A stretch of 64,000 nucleotides of DNA from a virus (IMGVR_UViG_3300032093_000068:21547-85546), one strand, 5' to 3'; shown: positions 1-10,799, numbered from the stretch's first letter. The notes: generated from the sequence alone by a model not told the origin. A program made the numbers and translations.

Positions 1-1146
1 AGTAAGGAAATATCAACAGCTGTTTCTGAGATATTGACCGCTTTTAAACAAGTAAGTCCAAATGCCAAGGTTAGAGTAACGGGTGGTAATGATAAATACC
101 ACCAAGGAATGAATAGCAAACATCCTAAAGGGTTGGCAATTGACTTAACTGTGGATCCTCAATCAGAAAGAAATAAATTTATTAAAGTGATGGATGAATA
201 CAAGAAAAAAAATTCAGAATTTACTTATATAGACGAATATTCAAGACCTTCAAAACACGCAACCGCACCACACTTCCATTTACAAATAGGTAAAGGAAGT
301 ACAGTTAGTTCAAGTCAAGGAATTCAATCAGACAAGTTACAAAAATTAATGGATCAAGCGGAAAGATCCAAATTTATGAATGAATTCAAAGACATTGCAA
401 ACTCAACAAAACAATTTAAATACGAAAAATTACAAGGAAAAAAAATCCCTTATCAACCTGAGGTTGAAAAATTACAGATAGCTTTACAATTTTTGGGGTA
501 TTCATTACCAAGATGGGGTGTTGACGGATTGTTCGGGCCAGAAACGCAAAGAGCGGTTAAAGCATTTCAAGAAGATAACAATATTTCGGCAACTGGCGTT
601 GCTGCACCTGATGACTTAAAAAAATTGTATGTCTTGTTACTTTTGAAAGGTTTTGAGCAAAGTGATCTATCTCAAATAGAATATGAAGAGGAAATTGATT
701 ATAGTGAAATCCCTCAAACAGGTCCTATAAATTCTAATCAAGTCATTTCCTTTTTCGTTAAAAAAGGATTAACTAAAGAACATTCTGCGGCAATTGCTGG
801 AAATTTGTTTCAGGAATCAAATCTAAATCCATCAGCGGTAAATAAAAGGTCGAAAGCTTTCGGACTCGCTCAATGGTATAAAACACGTTTTGATAGTTTG
901 AAACAATTTATGCAATCAAAAGGGTATGAATTATCAAATCCAATTGGTCAATTGGAATTTATTTGGGAGGAATTACAAACTACCGAAAAAAGAGCATATA
1001 ATGATTTTATAAATCAAGATAATCTTAAAGATATGGTTAAAACATTTGCGAGAAAATATGAACGTATGGGTATATTTGAAGCTAATATGCCAAAAAGAAT
1101 AAGGTATGCTAAACAATTTTTGGATCAATATAATAGTACTACGTAA
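1..1146 (+). CDS. Multidomain cell-wall hydrolase, 5'-truncated by window: M15-like Zn peptidase + peptidoglycan-binding domain + phage tail lysozyme-like domain
   Basis: Frame open from base 1. Motifs: SKHPKGLAIDL...PHFHL (LAS/M15-type); LQIALQFLGY...GVDGLFGPETQRAVKAFQ (PG-binding); AAIAGNLFQESNLNP...FGLAQW (phage tail lysozyme). Confidence 0.75.
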   Translation, partial: SKEISTAVSEILTAFKQVSPNAKVRVTGGNDKYHQGMNSKHPKGLAIDLTVDPQSERNKFIKVMDEYKKKNSEFTYIDEYSRPSKHATAPHFHLQIGKGSTVSSSQGIQSDKLQKLMDQAERSKFMNEFKDIANSTKQFKYEKLQGKKIPYQPEVEKLQIALQFLGYSLPRWGVDGLFGPETQRAVKAFQEDNNISATGVAAPDDLKKLYVLLLLKGFEQSDLSQIEYEEEIDYSEIPQTGPINSNQVISFFVKKGLTKEHSAAIAGNLFQESNLNPSAVNKRSKAFGLAQWYKTRFDSLKQFMQSKGYELSNPIGQLEFIWEELQTTEKRAYNDFINQDNLKDMVKTFARKYERMGIFEANMPKRIRYAKQFLDQYNSTT

Positions 1147-1164
1147 CAATTGTCAATAACGATA

Positions 1165-1172
1165 TATTTATA
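1165..1172 (+). promoter_or_regulatory. Putative phage late promoter TATTTATA
   Basis: Recurrent motif, intergenic, upstream of ATG 1219. Confidence 0.55.
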
Positions 1173-1218
1173 AAATAAAAATCTAAAAGATTATCAACTT
1201 TTTTTAAAAAAAAACAAA

Positions 1219-2622
1219 ATGGGAAAATTAAAACCAATAGGAAGTGAAAAATTAGAGGGTCAAGATAAAATCTCTCGTATTTTGGAAATCTCCAATTACA
1301 AATTTGTTGAACCAAATTCTGTAAATGAAAACACTTCAAATGAATATAATATTCAATTATCTGATGGTAACACATATCACATTGACAAAGAAAAAAATGG
1401 TTATGTTATCAAAAGAACTATAAGTGAAGGTGTTACAGAATATTTAGAACCTATGAAAAATAGGAAATTTTATTCGTCATATTCACAAGCATTTAAAAGA
1501 TTAAATCTTATAGCTAAAGAAATTAACACGGCAACAGGTAATGATGGTGGTATTTCATTATTTGGAGAGCAAAAAAAATTCGTTCTCAAAACACCAAAAC
1601 AAGAAATGCCGGTAGAACCACCTGCAGCTCCTGAACCAGTTCCCGCACCCGCCCCTTCACCTGAACCGGCACCTTCTGATATGGACACTGAAATGCCGCC
1701 AATGGATGATCAAATGGAGGAACCACCATCAGAAGAAATGCCATCGGATGATATGTCTATTGATGAACCTGAAATGGATTCTCAACCAGAAGATGACACT
1801 GATGGAGAAGGAACTGTTACCTTTAAAACAATTCAAAAATTAACAGGAAAATTAGCACAAAAATTAAGAAAATTAAATCAGGGTGAAGAGCCAATATCTG
1901 CAGATGATACAAAATATGTTATAAATTCTGTATTATCTGCAGTTGATCTATCTGTATTGTCTGATGAAGATATGGAAGAAATTATCGGTAGATTAGAAGA
2001 TTCTGAAATGCAATCTGATGAAGAGCCTGAAATGGAAGAACCATCAGATGATATGGAAATTGACCAACCTGAAGATGAATTGGAAGGGTCTGAGGAACAA
2101 TTACCTGAAATGGAAATGTATGAAGATGACACTGAAGAGCAATACGAAGGTTTAATTGGTGGTAAATATGATTTAGGATTTAGTGATAAACCAAAATCAG
2201 AAACAAAAGAGATGAATTTCAACAACTATGTTAAAAGAAGGTTTTCAAATGAAATCAAAAATAAGATGGGTGAAATGATGGAAGAAGATGAGATTGAAGG
2301 ATTAGGTGGTGTATTTGATGACATTTTTTCAGAATCAAAAGTTGATAGTATTATAAAATCTTATTTTGTTGAAACTGAATCGGAAAAAAAATATTTGCAA
2401 GAACAAAATAAAAGAAAATTTTTAACCGAAAAAGCAAAAAAAATTAAAACGATGAAAGAAGTTAAAAATCTTTCAGAAACCTATATTCAAGAATCAACAT
2501 CATCCAAATTTTTAGACAGATATTCAAAAGCTTCATTTGTCGGAAAAACAAATAAGAAAAATTTGGTTTTTGAAGTTAATGGAAAACAATATAAAATAAC
2601 ACCTGACGGAGCGATTCTATGA
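1219..2622 (+). CDS. Hypothetical protein with acidic, Pro-rich centre (possible head/internal protein)
   Basis: 467-aa ORF, A-rich start, D/E/P low-complexity centre, in head-morphogenesis operon. Confidence 0.7.
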   Translation: MGKLKPIGSEKLEGQDKISRILEISNYKFVEPNSVNENTSNEYNIQLSDGNTYHIDKEKNGYVIKRTISEGVTEYLEPMKNRKFYSSYSQAFKRLNLIAKEINTATGNDGGISLFGEQKKFVLKTPKQEMPVEPPAAPEPVPAPAPSPEPAPSDMDTEMPPMDDQMEEPPSEEMPSDDMSIDEPEMDSQPEDDTDGEGTVTFKTIQKLTGKLAQKLRKLNQGEEPISADDTKYVINSVLSAVDLSVLSDEDMEEIIGRLEDSEMQSDEEPEMEEPSDDMEIDQPEDELEGSEEQLPEMEMYEDDTEEQYEGLIGGKYDLGFSDKPKSETKEMNFNNYVKRRFSNEIKNKMGEMMEEDEIEGLGGVFDDIFSESKVDSIIKSYFVETESEKKYLQEQNKRKFLTEKAKKIKTMKEVKNLSETYIQESTSSKFLDRYSKASFVGKTNKKNLVFEVNGKQYKITPDGAIL

Positions 2623-3032
2623 GTTATCTAATTTATGTCAATGGTTTAGGTCCGAATTATAAAGGGGATAATATATACGAATTTATTTTTTCCGATGTAA
2701 AAAATGAAATTTGGGGAGAAGGGTGGGAATCAAAACCATCAAACGGAAATCCTTTACCTCCTGACATAGAACTTATTAGAAAGGTTGGAGTTTTAAAAAA
2801 TGATGAGATTAAATTAACCTTAATTCAAGAATCAGATTTTTTTTCTATGACCGACGCTTTGGATGACGTGATCGCATTGGCTTGGGAAAGTGAAGATTCC
2901 GATGTTAATTTTGACATTGAAAAAAGATTAGTATTCAGGTTTGGTGAGGATGAAAAAACAATAAAAAATAAACTATATGAAAGAGATATAGTATTAGAAT
3001 TTGATAAACAAGTTGTTTATGAAAAAGAATAA
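2619..3032 (+). CDS. Hypothetical protein
   Basis: 137-aa ORF, ATGA overlap with upstream stop. Confidence 0.7.
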   Translation: MSYLIYVNGLGPNYKGDNIYEFIFSDVKNEIWGEGWESKPSNGNPLPPDIELIRKVGVLKNDEIKLTLIQESDFFSMTDALDDVIALAWESEDSDVNFDIEKRLVFRFGEDEKTIKNKLYERDIVLEFDKQVVYEKE

Positions 3033-3807
3033 ATTAGCATTTAAATTAATTGACATGGGACTTAAAGCAGAAACATTAGCAAATTTAACTGAATCTCAAT
3101 TAAGATTGTTATATAATAAACTAAACGAGGGGAAAAAAGAACCTAAGGAGCAAGTGACTCAAATAACGGAGCCATCAAAACCTTCATATAAAGTCGGTCC
3201 AAAAGGAGGAAATCTACCACCATCACCTAAAGGGTATTCGATGACAAAAAATACTGATGGTACTATGTCGGCAACGCCAAATGAGGGGGAAATGAAAGAA
3301 GGGAAAAAAAAGTCAAAAAAATACAACCCTTGGGCGATTTGCACCGCATCTGTAGGTAGAGAGGATAAGAAAAAATATGAAAAATGCGTTATGGACGTAA
3401 AAAAATCCATTAAAGAAGGAAAAGATCCTGTGAATTTGTTTTTGGAAGAAAAAATTGTATCTTTGCTTGAAAAGCATATACAACCAAAAATATCCAAAAA
3501 AGAATTTTTACAAATGATATCCGAAACTGAAACCGCTCCTGCAAAACCAAAAGAAAAGGAAAAAGAAAAGGTTAAACCAAAAACACCTTTCAGTCCTAAA
3601 CCTGGTGTCAAACCAAATCCAAAGGCTAAGTCAAAAAGGGAAACAAACGAGCAGGAAACTGCAGATCCGATAGTAAAACCAAAAACACCAACTACTAAAC
3701 CTAAAACACCATTTAGTCCAAAACCAGGTGTGAACCCAAGACCTAAAGCGGGAAAAAAATCAGTACCGACATGGTTAAAGTGGGATAATCTTGGTCTTAA
3801 TTTTTAA
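3019..3807 (+). CDS. Hypothetical Lys/Pro-rich protein
   Basis: ATG 3019 preferred over TTG 3001; internal duplication KPKTPFSPKPGVxPxPKA. Confidence 0.65.
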   Translation: MKKNKLAFKLIDMGLKAETLANLTESQLRLLYNKLNEGKKEPKEQVTQITEPSKPSYKVGPKGGNLPPSPKGYSMTKNTDGTMSATPNEGEMKEGKKKSKKYNPWAICTASVGREDKKKYEKCVMDVKKSIKEGKDPVNLFLEEKIVSLLEKHIQPKISKKEFLQMISETETAPAKPKEKEKEKVKPKTPFSPKPGVKPNPKAKSKRETNEQETADPIVKPKTPTTKPKTPFSPKPGVNPRPKAGKKSVPTWLKWDNLGLNF

Positions 3808-3816
3808 TTAATAGTT

Positions 3817-5052
3817 ATGGCAAAATATAGAACAATCAAAGAAGCACCAATTGATTACGAAGGTCCAGAGAGAATGGATCCAAGTATAGAAAGAAAAATT
3901 ACATCTAAAACTACTCCTTACGCAGGTCACCCTGGACTTCCTAAATTAGACAGAGATGTTGTTGAGTTAATTTCCTCTCAGAGGTTTAAACAATCTGTAG
4001 AAAATGTAAGAAGATTTATGGGTGATACATCATCAATACAAGGACCTCCACAAAGAGTTCTCATGGGATTGATGCAATCTGCAATGAGATTATTTCCAAA
4101 AATATCTCAAATTGAATCCAATAATAAAGAATTTTTGGAAAATTTGGCGGTAGAACTTGTTAAAAAGGAATTAGCAATACCTGAAGGATCTTTACAATTT
4201 GACGCACAATTAGTTTCAGGGATGATGGGAGCATCTGAAGGTATGCAAGGGTCACCTGAAGAACCTTCACCTGAAGAAGTTAAGGACGCTTTTGCAAGTG
4301 CTAACGAAAACGCTGACGAATTAGAGGCCTTTATGGATGCTATGGAACAATTTGACCAACAAAAAGCAAAAAGAAGGTTTATTAACGCTTTAATTGGTGG
4401 AGCATCAAAAAAGGGTCACTATATGTATCAATTAGTAGCGGATGAATTAAATAGAATTCATCCTGAGCTAATTAGATTATACGGTATGTCTCAATCAATT
4501 TTAGACCACCTTTACTGGATTTATCCTGAAGATATGTCATCTATGATGGCCGCAGGTGGTTCAGGACAAGCGGGACAATCTGAAATAGACACAGAAACTG
4601 ATCCACCGACTGTTATAGCTAGAGGTATTTCTTTTCCAATTTTACTACATGAATTAGTTAAAGGTGTTTTTGAAGTGTTAGGAACTCACGGACTACCTGA
4701 TGATCCTCGTCAAGCTGAAATGGTAATTGCGTCACAAGATACATTACCTGCAGAAATTTGGGATTTAAGATTAGGTCCGATTTTTTGGGAAAAATTCACC
4801 GCCGCTTATCCTGACGAATTATTTGAAGAGGATAAAAAATACATTCAACATTATCTATTCCAAAGATTTTCAGCCTTGGATCCAAAAAAGTTTTTCAAAC
4901 TAACTCAATTTATTTTATCTGATAATCCTAAAGGTAAACAAGCTTTACAATTTATGGTTGATGAAATTGTTGAGGAGCTTAAAGAACAAAATAAGAAAGG
5001 AATGTTTGGTGACGAAGACTATGATGAGGATGAGGATGAACCGACAGTTTAA
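3817..5052 (+). CDS. Hypothetical protein immediately upstream of terminase
   Basis: 411-aa ORF, 3-nt gap to terminase. Confidence 0.7.
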   Translation: MAKYRTIKEAPIDYEGPERMDPSIERKITSKTTPYAGHPGLPKLDRDVVELISSQRFKQSVENVRRFMGDTSSIQGPPQRVLMGLMQSAMRLFPKISQIESNNKEFLENLAVELVKKELAIPEGSLQFDAQLVSGMMGASEGMQGSPEEPSPEEVKDAFASANENADELEAFMDAMEQFDQQKAKRRFINALIGGASKKGHYMYQLVADELNRIHPELIRLYGMSQSILDHLYWIYPEDMSSMMAAGGSGQAGQSEIDTETDPPTVIARGISFPILLHELVKGVFEVLGTHGLPDDPRQAEMVIASQDTLPAEIWDLRLGPIFWEKFTAAYPDELFEEDKKYIQHYLFQRFSALDPKKFFKLTQFILSDNPKGKQALQFMVDEIVEELKEQNKKGMFGDEDYDEDEDEPTV

Positions 5053-5055
5053 TTA

Positions 5056-6831
5056 ATGTCATACACAAAAGAACAAGTATTAATTGAATATGTGAAGTGC
5101 GTAAAGGATACCCCTTACGCACTTCGCACATATTTACAAACCTACGATAATACTGTTTCAAAATATGTTCCGTTAGAATTATTTCCTGATCAAGTTTCCT
5201 TACTTGATGATTACGAAAACTACAACGAAAATATTGCATTAAAATATCGTCAAGCTGGAGTTTCAACAGTAACAGCAGCTTGGGCGTCCAAAAAATTGGC
5301 TTTTGCTAAAAAACAAAAACCCGAAAAAATATTGATTATTGCAAACAAACTTGACACTGCGCAAGAAATGGCAAATAAAATAAGGGCTTTTGTTGAACAA
5401 TGGCCTTCGTGGGTTGATATTGGATTTACAAAAGAAAAAAACTCACAAAGACATTATAAATTAACAAACGGGTGTGAGGTAAAAGCGGTCGCAACATCAA
5501 AGGATGCTTTACGTGGATATACACCAACAATATTAATTTTTGACGAAGCCGCTTATATTGAAGCGGATTCCGATTTTTGGTCGGCTTGTATGGCGTCTTT
5601 ATCTACAGGTGGTAAAGTTATCGTTATTTCAACACCTAACGGTCACGATCCGATTTATTATGAAATTTATGATCAGGCAAATCGTGGTATGAACGATTTT
5701 AAAATCTCTGAGATGTATTGGTATAAAGATCCAAGATACACCAAAGATTTATATTTTGTTAAAACTGAAGATATAATTGATTATTTTTTAAATAAACAAA
5801 ATTATAAGCCAAACCAAGTAATACAATTTGATGATTATGATGTTACAAATTTAGAACATCAGCAAAAAATCAAAGATTATATTCACGATGGATTCAAACC
5901 TAGCTCAACTTGGTTTGAATCTATGGTTAAAAAATTAAAATACGATAAAAGAAAAGTTAGCCAGGAATTAGAAACAAACTTTCTTGGTTCAGGTGACAAC
6001 GTATTTGATTCAAAAATACTTCAAAAAATAAAAGAAAATTTTATTGCTGAACCTGAAAATAGAATGATGTCCAACTCTTTATGGATATGGAAAGAACCTG
6101 TTATGGGACATAAATACGTGATGGGTGTTGATGTTAGTAGAGGGGATAGTGAAGATTATTCTACATTTGAAATAATAGATTTTGACGCAAGGGAACAAGT
6201 TGCGGAGTATGTTGGAAAAATACCTCCAGATGTTATGGCTGAAATTTGTTTTAAATGGGCAAATATGTATTCTGCGTTTGTTGTAATTGATATTACTGGA
6301 GGAATGGGTGTATCTACATCAAGAAAAATGCAAGAATTGGGTTATAAAAATTTATACGTTGATGGTGTTGATTATCAAAATAAATGGAAATACGATCCAA
6401 AACAAGCGGAAAAAATACCAGGTATTAATTTTAATTCAAAAAGAGTTCAAATTATTGCATCATTTGAAGAAGCTATTAGACATGAGTTTGTAATTAAAAG
6501 TACAAGATTGTGGGGTGAGATGAATAATTTTGTTTATGTAAATGGAAGACCTGACCATCAAAAGGGGGGTCATGACGACTTAATTATGTCAATTGCTATG
6601 GCGATGTATGTTGCTGAATCATCATTTAGTCAATTAACCAAAGTTACAGAACAGACCAAAGCTATGATTAATTCTTGGACAGTTCAAGTGGATGATACAC
6701 CATCAAAAACAATCGCATTTAATCCACAATCACCAAACATACCATCACGATATCAAGATCCAAATTTTAATTCAGGACCATCAAGAGAAGATTACGTCAA
6801 ATATGGTTGGCTTTTTGGTGGTATGAGGTGA
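5056..6831 (+). CDS. terL: Terminase large subunit (T4 gp17-like)
   Basis: LFPDQ adenine motif, KYRQAGVST Walker A region, LIFDEAA Walker B, ISTPNG motif III, MGVDVSRG and HDDLIM nuclease motifs. Confidence 0.95.
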   Translation: MSYTKEQVLIEYVKCVKDTPYALRTYLQTYDNTVSKYVPLELFPDQVSLLDDYENYNENIALKYRQAGVSTVTAAWASKKLAFAKKQKPEKILIIANKLDTAQEMANKIRAFVEQWPSWVDIGFTKEKNSQRHYKLTNGCEVKAVATSKDALRGYTPTILIFDEAAYIEADSDFWSACMASLSTGGKVIVISTPNGHDPIYYEIYDQANRGMNDFKISEMYWYKDPRYTKDLYFVKTEDIIDYFLNKQNYKPNQVIQFDDYDVTNLEHQQKIKDYIHDGFKPSSTWFESMVKKLKYDKRKVSQELETNFLGSGDNVFDSKILQKIKENFIAEPENRMMSNSLWIWKEPVMGHKYVMGVDVSRGDSEDYSTFEIIDFDAREQVAEYVGKIPPDVMAEICFKWANMYSAFVVIDITGGMGVSTSRKMQELGYKNLYVDGVDYQNKWKYDPKQAEKIPGINFNSKRVQIIASFEEAIRHEFVIKSTRLWGEMNNFVYVNGRPDHQKGGHDDLIMSIAMAMYVAESSFSQLTKVTEQTKAMINSWTVQVDDTPSKTIAFNPQSPNIPSRYQDPNFNSGPSREDYVKYGWLFGGMR

Positions 6832-6865
6832 TATTTATTTTTTAGCTACAAAATAGATGTTTATC

Positions 6866-6872
6866 TATTTAT
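6866..6872 (+). promoter_or_regulatory. Putative late promoter TATTTAT (second copy at 6832-6838)
   Basis: Motif in the terminase-portal intergenic region. Confidence 0.5.
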
Positions 6873-6893
6873 TGTTGTAGTTAATATTATATT

Positions 6894-8717
6894 ATGGAAA
6901 ATAATAAAAATCTTACAGTTTGGCAAAGATTAACCCAAACATTTGGTCCCTATTCTTTATTGGGTCAAGATTATCCAACATACCAATACGATAAAAAGGA
7001 ATTATTAAAAACAACTTCTAAAGATCAATTTGAAAAAGAGAAGTTGCAAGCTCAGCAAACTTATTATCTTGCCAATCAATGGACAAAAATTGAAAACAAT
7101 TTATATACCCAAGCAACATATTATGAACCAACAAGGTTGGCGTCATTTTATGATTTCGAATCTATGGAGTATACCCCCGAGATATCGGCAGCTCTTGACA
7201 TATACGGTGAAGAATCAACAACAGTAAATCAAGATGGGTTAATGGTTCAGGTTTATTCTGATTCGCAAAGAATTAAATCTATATTATCAGATTTATTTAA
7301 CAATGCCCTTGATGTTAATACCAACTTACCTATGTGGACTCGTAATACATGTAAGTATGGTGATAATTTCGTTTATTTGAAACTTGATCCCGAAAAGGGT
7401 GTTGTTGGATGTATGCAATTACCAAATATTGAAATTGAAAGGTTGGAAATGGGTATGGCTTCTAAAACTTACAACAAAGAAACTGATCCAAGAAACACGG
7501 GTTTGAAATTTACTTGGAAAGCTCGTGATATGGAATTTAATTCTTGGGAAATTGCACATTTCAGATTGTTAGGTGACGATAGAAAACTTCCTTATGGTAC
7601 GTCAATGTTGGAAAAAGCAAGACGTATTTGGAAACAATTAATTTTGGCCGAAGATGCGATGTTAATTTACCGTACATCAAGAGCACCCGAAAGAAGAATC
7701 TTTAAAGTCTTTGTGGGGAATATGGATGATCAAGATGTTGAAGCTTATGTTAATCGTGTTGCAAACAAATTCAAACGCCAACAAGTGGTTGATCACAAGA
7801 CAGGAAATGTTGATATGAGATTTAATCAAATGGCAGTTGATCAAGATTATTTTGTTCCTGTTAGAGATCCGGCTCAAGCGAGTCCAATAGAAACTTTACC
7901 CGGAGCTCAAAACTTAGCAGAAATTGCCGACATCGAGTATATTCAAAAGAAATTATTAACCGCGCTTCGGGTACCAAAAGCGTTTTTAGGTTTTGAGGAA
8001 CCAGTCGGTGATGGCAAAAATTTATCTTTAATGGATATTCGTTTCGCAAGAACAATAAATAGGATTCAAAAAAGTATGTTATCTGAAATGAATAAAATTG
8101 CAATTATTCATTTATTTTTATTGGGATTTGAAGATGAATTAAGTAATTTTACGTTGGGATTAAATAATCCTTCAAAACAAGCAGATTTATTAGGTATTGA
8201 TGTTTGGAAGGAAAAAATGTTGCTTTATAAAGATGCGGTTGCCGCTATTGAAGGAATTGCCCCTGTATCAGTTTCGTGGGCTAAAAAACATATTTTAGGA
8301 TTTTCGGATGAAGAAATCAAACTTGATCTACAACAGCAAAGAATTGAAAAAGCGGTTGGTGCTGAATTAACAAATACGGCAACAATTATAGTTCATACAG
8401 GAATATTTGACAATGTTGATAAATTATATGGTCAGCAGACAGGAACAACTGCCGCTGCCGGTACCGCTCCACCACCGCCGCCTGGTGGTATGGAAGATAT
8501 GGGAGGATTGGGATCTGAAGCTCCACCACCTCCACCACCATCACCTGAACCAGGTGGTGAAGCGGGTGTAACGCCAGAATCAAAAATAAGAGATAATATG
8601 AACATTTTGCTTGAACGAAATGATATGTTAAGTGACGATGATTTTATTGATTTGTCAAAGGCAAGAAATTCTTTGGGTGATATTGGCGATGAACTTGATA
8701 GATTATTAAATGATTGA
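6894..8717 (+). CDS. Portal protein (T4 gp20-like)
   Basis: AEDAMLIYRTSRAPERRIFKVFVGNM, DYFVPVR, IETLPGAQNL, DIEYIQKKLLTALRVP resemble T4-type portals; follows terminase. Confidence 0.93.
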   Translation: MENNKNLTVWQRLTQTFGPYSLLGQDYPTYQYDKKELLKTTSKDQFEKEKLQAQQTYYLANQWTKIENNLYTQATYYEPTRLASFYDFESMEYTPEISAALDIYGEESTTVNQDGLMVQVYSDSQRIKSILSDLFNNALDVNTNLPMWTRNTCKYGDNFVYLKLDPEKGVVGCMQLPNIEIERLEMGMASKTYNKETDPRNTGLKFTWKARDMEFNSWEIAHFRLLGDDRKLPYGTSMLEKARRIWKQLILAEDAMLIYRTSRAPERRIFKVFVGNMDDQDVEAYVNRVANKFKRQQVVDHKTGNVDMRFNQMAVDQDYFVPVRDPAQASPIETLPGAQNLAEIADIEYIQKKLLTALRVPKAFLGFEEPVGDGKNLSLMDIRFARTINRIQKSMLSEMNKIAIIHLFLLGFEDELSNFTLGLNNPSKQADLLGIDVWKEKMLLYKDAVAAIEGIAPVSVSWAKKHILGFSDEEIKLDLQQQRIEKAVGAELTNTATIIVHTGIFDNVDKLYGQQTGTTAAAGTAPPPPPGGMEDMGGLGSEAPPPPPPSPEPGGEAGVTPESKIRDNMNILLERNDMLSDDDFIDLSKARNSLGDIGDELDRLLND

Positions 8718-8725
8718 TATTTATA
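8718..8725 (+). promoter_or_regulatory. Putative late promoter TATTTATA
   Basis: 15 nt upstream of ATG 8741. Confidence 0.55.
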
Positions 8726-8740
8726 TTAAAACAGAAAAAA

Positions 8741-9466
8741 ATGAAAATAGGTGTATTAAAATCAAAAGTTGAAAAATTATTATCTGAAGCTTACACAAAA
8801 GGCACTTTTAAAGAAGAAATAAAAAATTTTAACAAGAATGTTTTATCAAATAAAAACATATCAAAACTATTTTATCTATATGATGAATTATCATCAAACA
8901 AAGGATATGATAAAAATGTTGCAGAAGATTTTGTTTTTGAATCAATAACTATGTTTGAAAACATATCAAACAAAATAGATAGAAGTGATTTGGATAGAAT
9001 AAGAAAATGGACAATTGGAATTAATTCGCATAATCAATATATCACAATTGATAATTTATTTTATAATTCATATGATGTTGCATTTTTGGAAAATAAAGTT
9101 AAAAGCAAACATGCTATAGTTGAGACATTAACGAAAAAAGAGATAATTGAGGAAAAAACTCCAATTTATCTTCCGATATCTTCTATGGTTAAGATCGCAA
9201 ATAAAACAATTGACGATTTTATTTCAACTTTGAATGAGTCAGAAAAAAAAGAACTTACATCGTTATTAAACGAAAGTGATCAGGTTTTAATGGAAAAATA
9301 TAATTCTTTTAAAGATGAGGCTGTTGTTAAACTTGTTGTTGCTATGGAAAATGAAGATGACCAAAATGTTAAAAATACAATTTCAGAAACAATAGACACC
9401 ATCAAAAGAAAAAAATATGATCGTTTAGAATATTTCCGATTGAAAAACTTGGTTAATAACATATAA
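8741..9466 (+). CDS. Hypothetical helical protein in head module
   Basis: ATG 8741 after an A-run preferred to TTG 8714. Confidence 0.65.
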   Translation: MKIGVLKSKVEKLLSEAYTKGTFKEEIKNFNKNVLSNKNISKLFYLYDELSSNKGYDKNVAEDFVFESITMFENISNKIDRSDLDRIRKWTIGINSHNQYITIDNLFYNSYDVAFLENKVKSKHAIVETLTKKEIIEEKTPIYLPISSMVKIANKTIDDFISTLNESEKKELTSLLNESDQVLMEKYNSFKDEAVVKLVVAMENEDDQNVKNTISETIDTIKRKKYDRLEYFRLKNLVNNI

Positions 9467-9532
9467 TTTTGACAATTTGATAATAATCATCTAATTTTTT
9501 TTCATAACAATAAACATGGAAAAAATGAGAGA

Positions 9533-9991
9533 ATGAAAAAAGGAAAAACCGCAAAAATAAGCGGGTTTAGATCATCAAAAGTTAATTATGGTACAGTAGA
9601 TTCAAAAAGTTTAAAATCAATTTACATAAACATTCAAACATGGGTAGAACCAAAAGACGATTTTAATAATTGGACGAGGGTTGTGTTAAATATGTCAAGA
9701 TCAGTGAAACATTCAGTTTATAACTGTATTGACAAAAGTTTATTTGACGAAAAATTTATTGTTGATTTAGATTTACGAACAAGTGGAATACAATACAAAA
9801 AAAGGTCATTTATGAATTTAGAGATTAATCTATATCTTTTAGAGGAAATGGATTTTAAATCAACAACTCTTAAAAAATCTGTTAAAAAAATAGTAAGCTG
9901 TATTCATCAAGAAATATTCAAAAATAACGATTATTTCAATTTTCATATTACCAAAAAAGATAAATCACAATTGGTTGAGGTAGAAATATAA
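9533..9991 (+). CDS. Hypothetical protein
   Basis: 152-aa ORF. Confidence 0.65.
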   Translation: MKKGKTAKISGFRSSKVNYGTVDSKSLKSIYINIQTWVEPKDDFNNWTRVVLNMSRSVKHSVYNCIDKSLFDEKFIVDLDLRTSGIQYKKRSFMNLEINLYLLEEMDFKSTTLKKSVKKIVSCIHQEIFKNNDYFNFHITKKDKSQLVEVEI

Positions 9992-10000
9992 AGTTCAAAG

Positions 10001-10008
10001 TATTTATA
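10001..10008 (+). promoter_or_regulatory. Putative late promoter TATTTATA
   Basis: 13 nt upstream of the protease ATG. Confidence 0.6.
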
Positions 10009-10021
10009 TAAAAATATAAAA

Positions 10022-10750
10022 ATGAAAGAACTTAAAATTTTAAAAGCCTACGAATCAGGTAAGGGTATTCTGATTGAGGAAGATGCAGGATATGTGTCTC
10101 CTAAAGAATTTGGAAATCAGAACTTTTTGATGGAATCAAAAAATTTTTTGGATTATAGTAAACCATTTGAGTTTTATGCTGTATTACAAAAATACAACAC
10201 TCCAAATAGAAACGGTAGAATTTATCCTGAAAAGATTTTAAAAAGAGAAGCTGAAAATTATAAGAAAATAATAAATAAAGGCGTTTCATTATCTGAGTTA
10301 AATCATCCAGAATCTTCATTAATTGATTTGGACAGAGTATCTCACATTATAACTGATGTATGGTGGGATGGAAAAATTTTAATGGGAAAACTTAGATTAT
10401 TAACTTCACCAGGATTTCACGAAAGAGGTGTGTGTACAACAAAGGGTGATTTAGCCGCAAATTATTTAAGACAAGGTGTAACTTTGGGAATTTCATCAAG
10501 GGGTGTCGGATCTTTAAAAAAAATTGGAGAACAAAATGAAGTTCAGGATGATTTTGAACTTATTTGTTTTGACTTAGTTTCTTCTCCATCAACACCTGGA
10601 GCTTATTTATTTTTAAATCCTGAAGATAAAAGTAACTTTGAAGAGAATTTGGAAGAAGAGAAACAAATTCAAAGGGAAAGGCAGGTTGGACCTGAAGCGA
10701 ACAAGTCATTAGATTTAATGAAACGTTTGAACACTTATTTAAATAAATAA
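10022..10750 (+). CDS. Prohead core protease (T4 gp21-like)
   Basis: NRNGRIYP, ELNHP (His), GISSRGVGS (Ser), FDLVSSPS (Asp). Confidence 0.93.
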   Translation: MKELKILKAYESGKGILIEEDAGYVSPKEFGNQNFLMESKNFLDYSKPFEFYAVLQKYNTPNRNGRIYPEKILKREAENYKKIINKGVSLSELNHPESSLIDLDRVSHIITDVWWDGKILMGKLRLLTSPGFHERGVCTTKGDLAANYLRQGVTLGISSRGVGSLKKIGEQNEVQDDFELICFDLVSSPSTPGAYLFLNPEDKSNFEENLEEEKQIQRERQVGPEANKSLDLMKRLNTYLNK

Positions 10751-10799
10751 AACTTGATTTTTTAAAAAGAAAATATCATATTTTATTAAAACTTAATTT

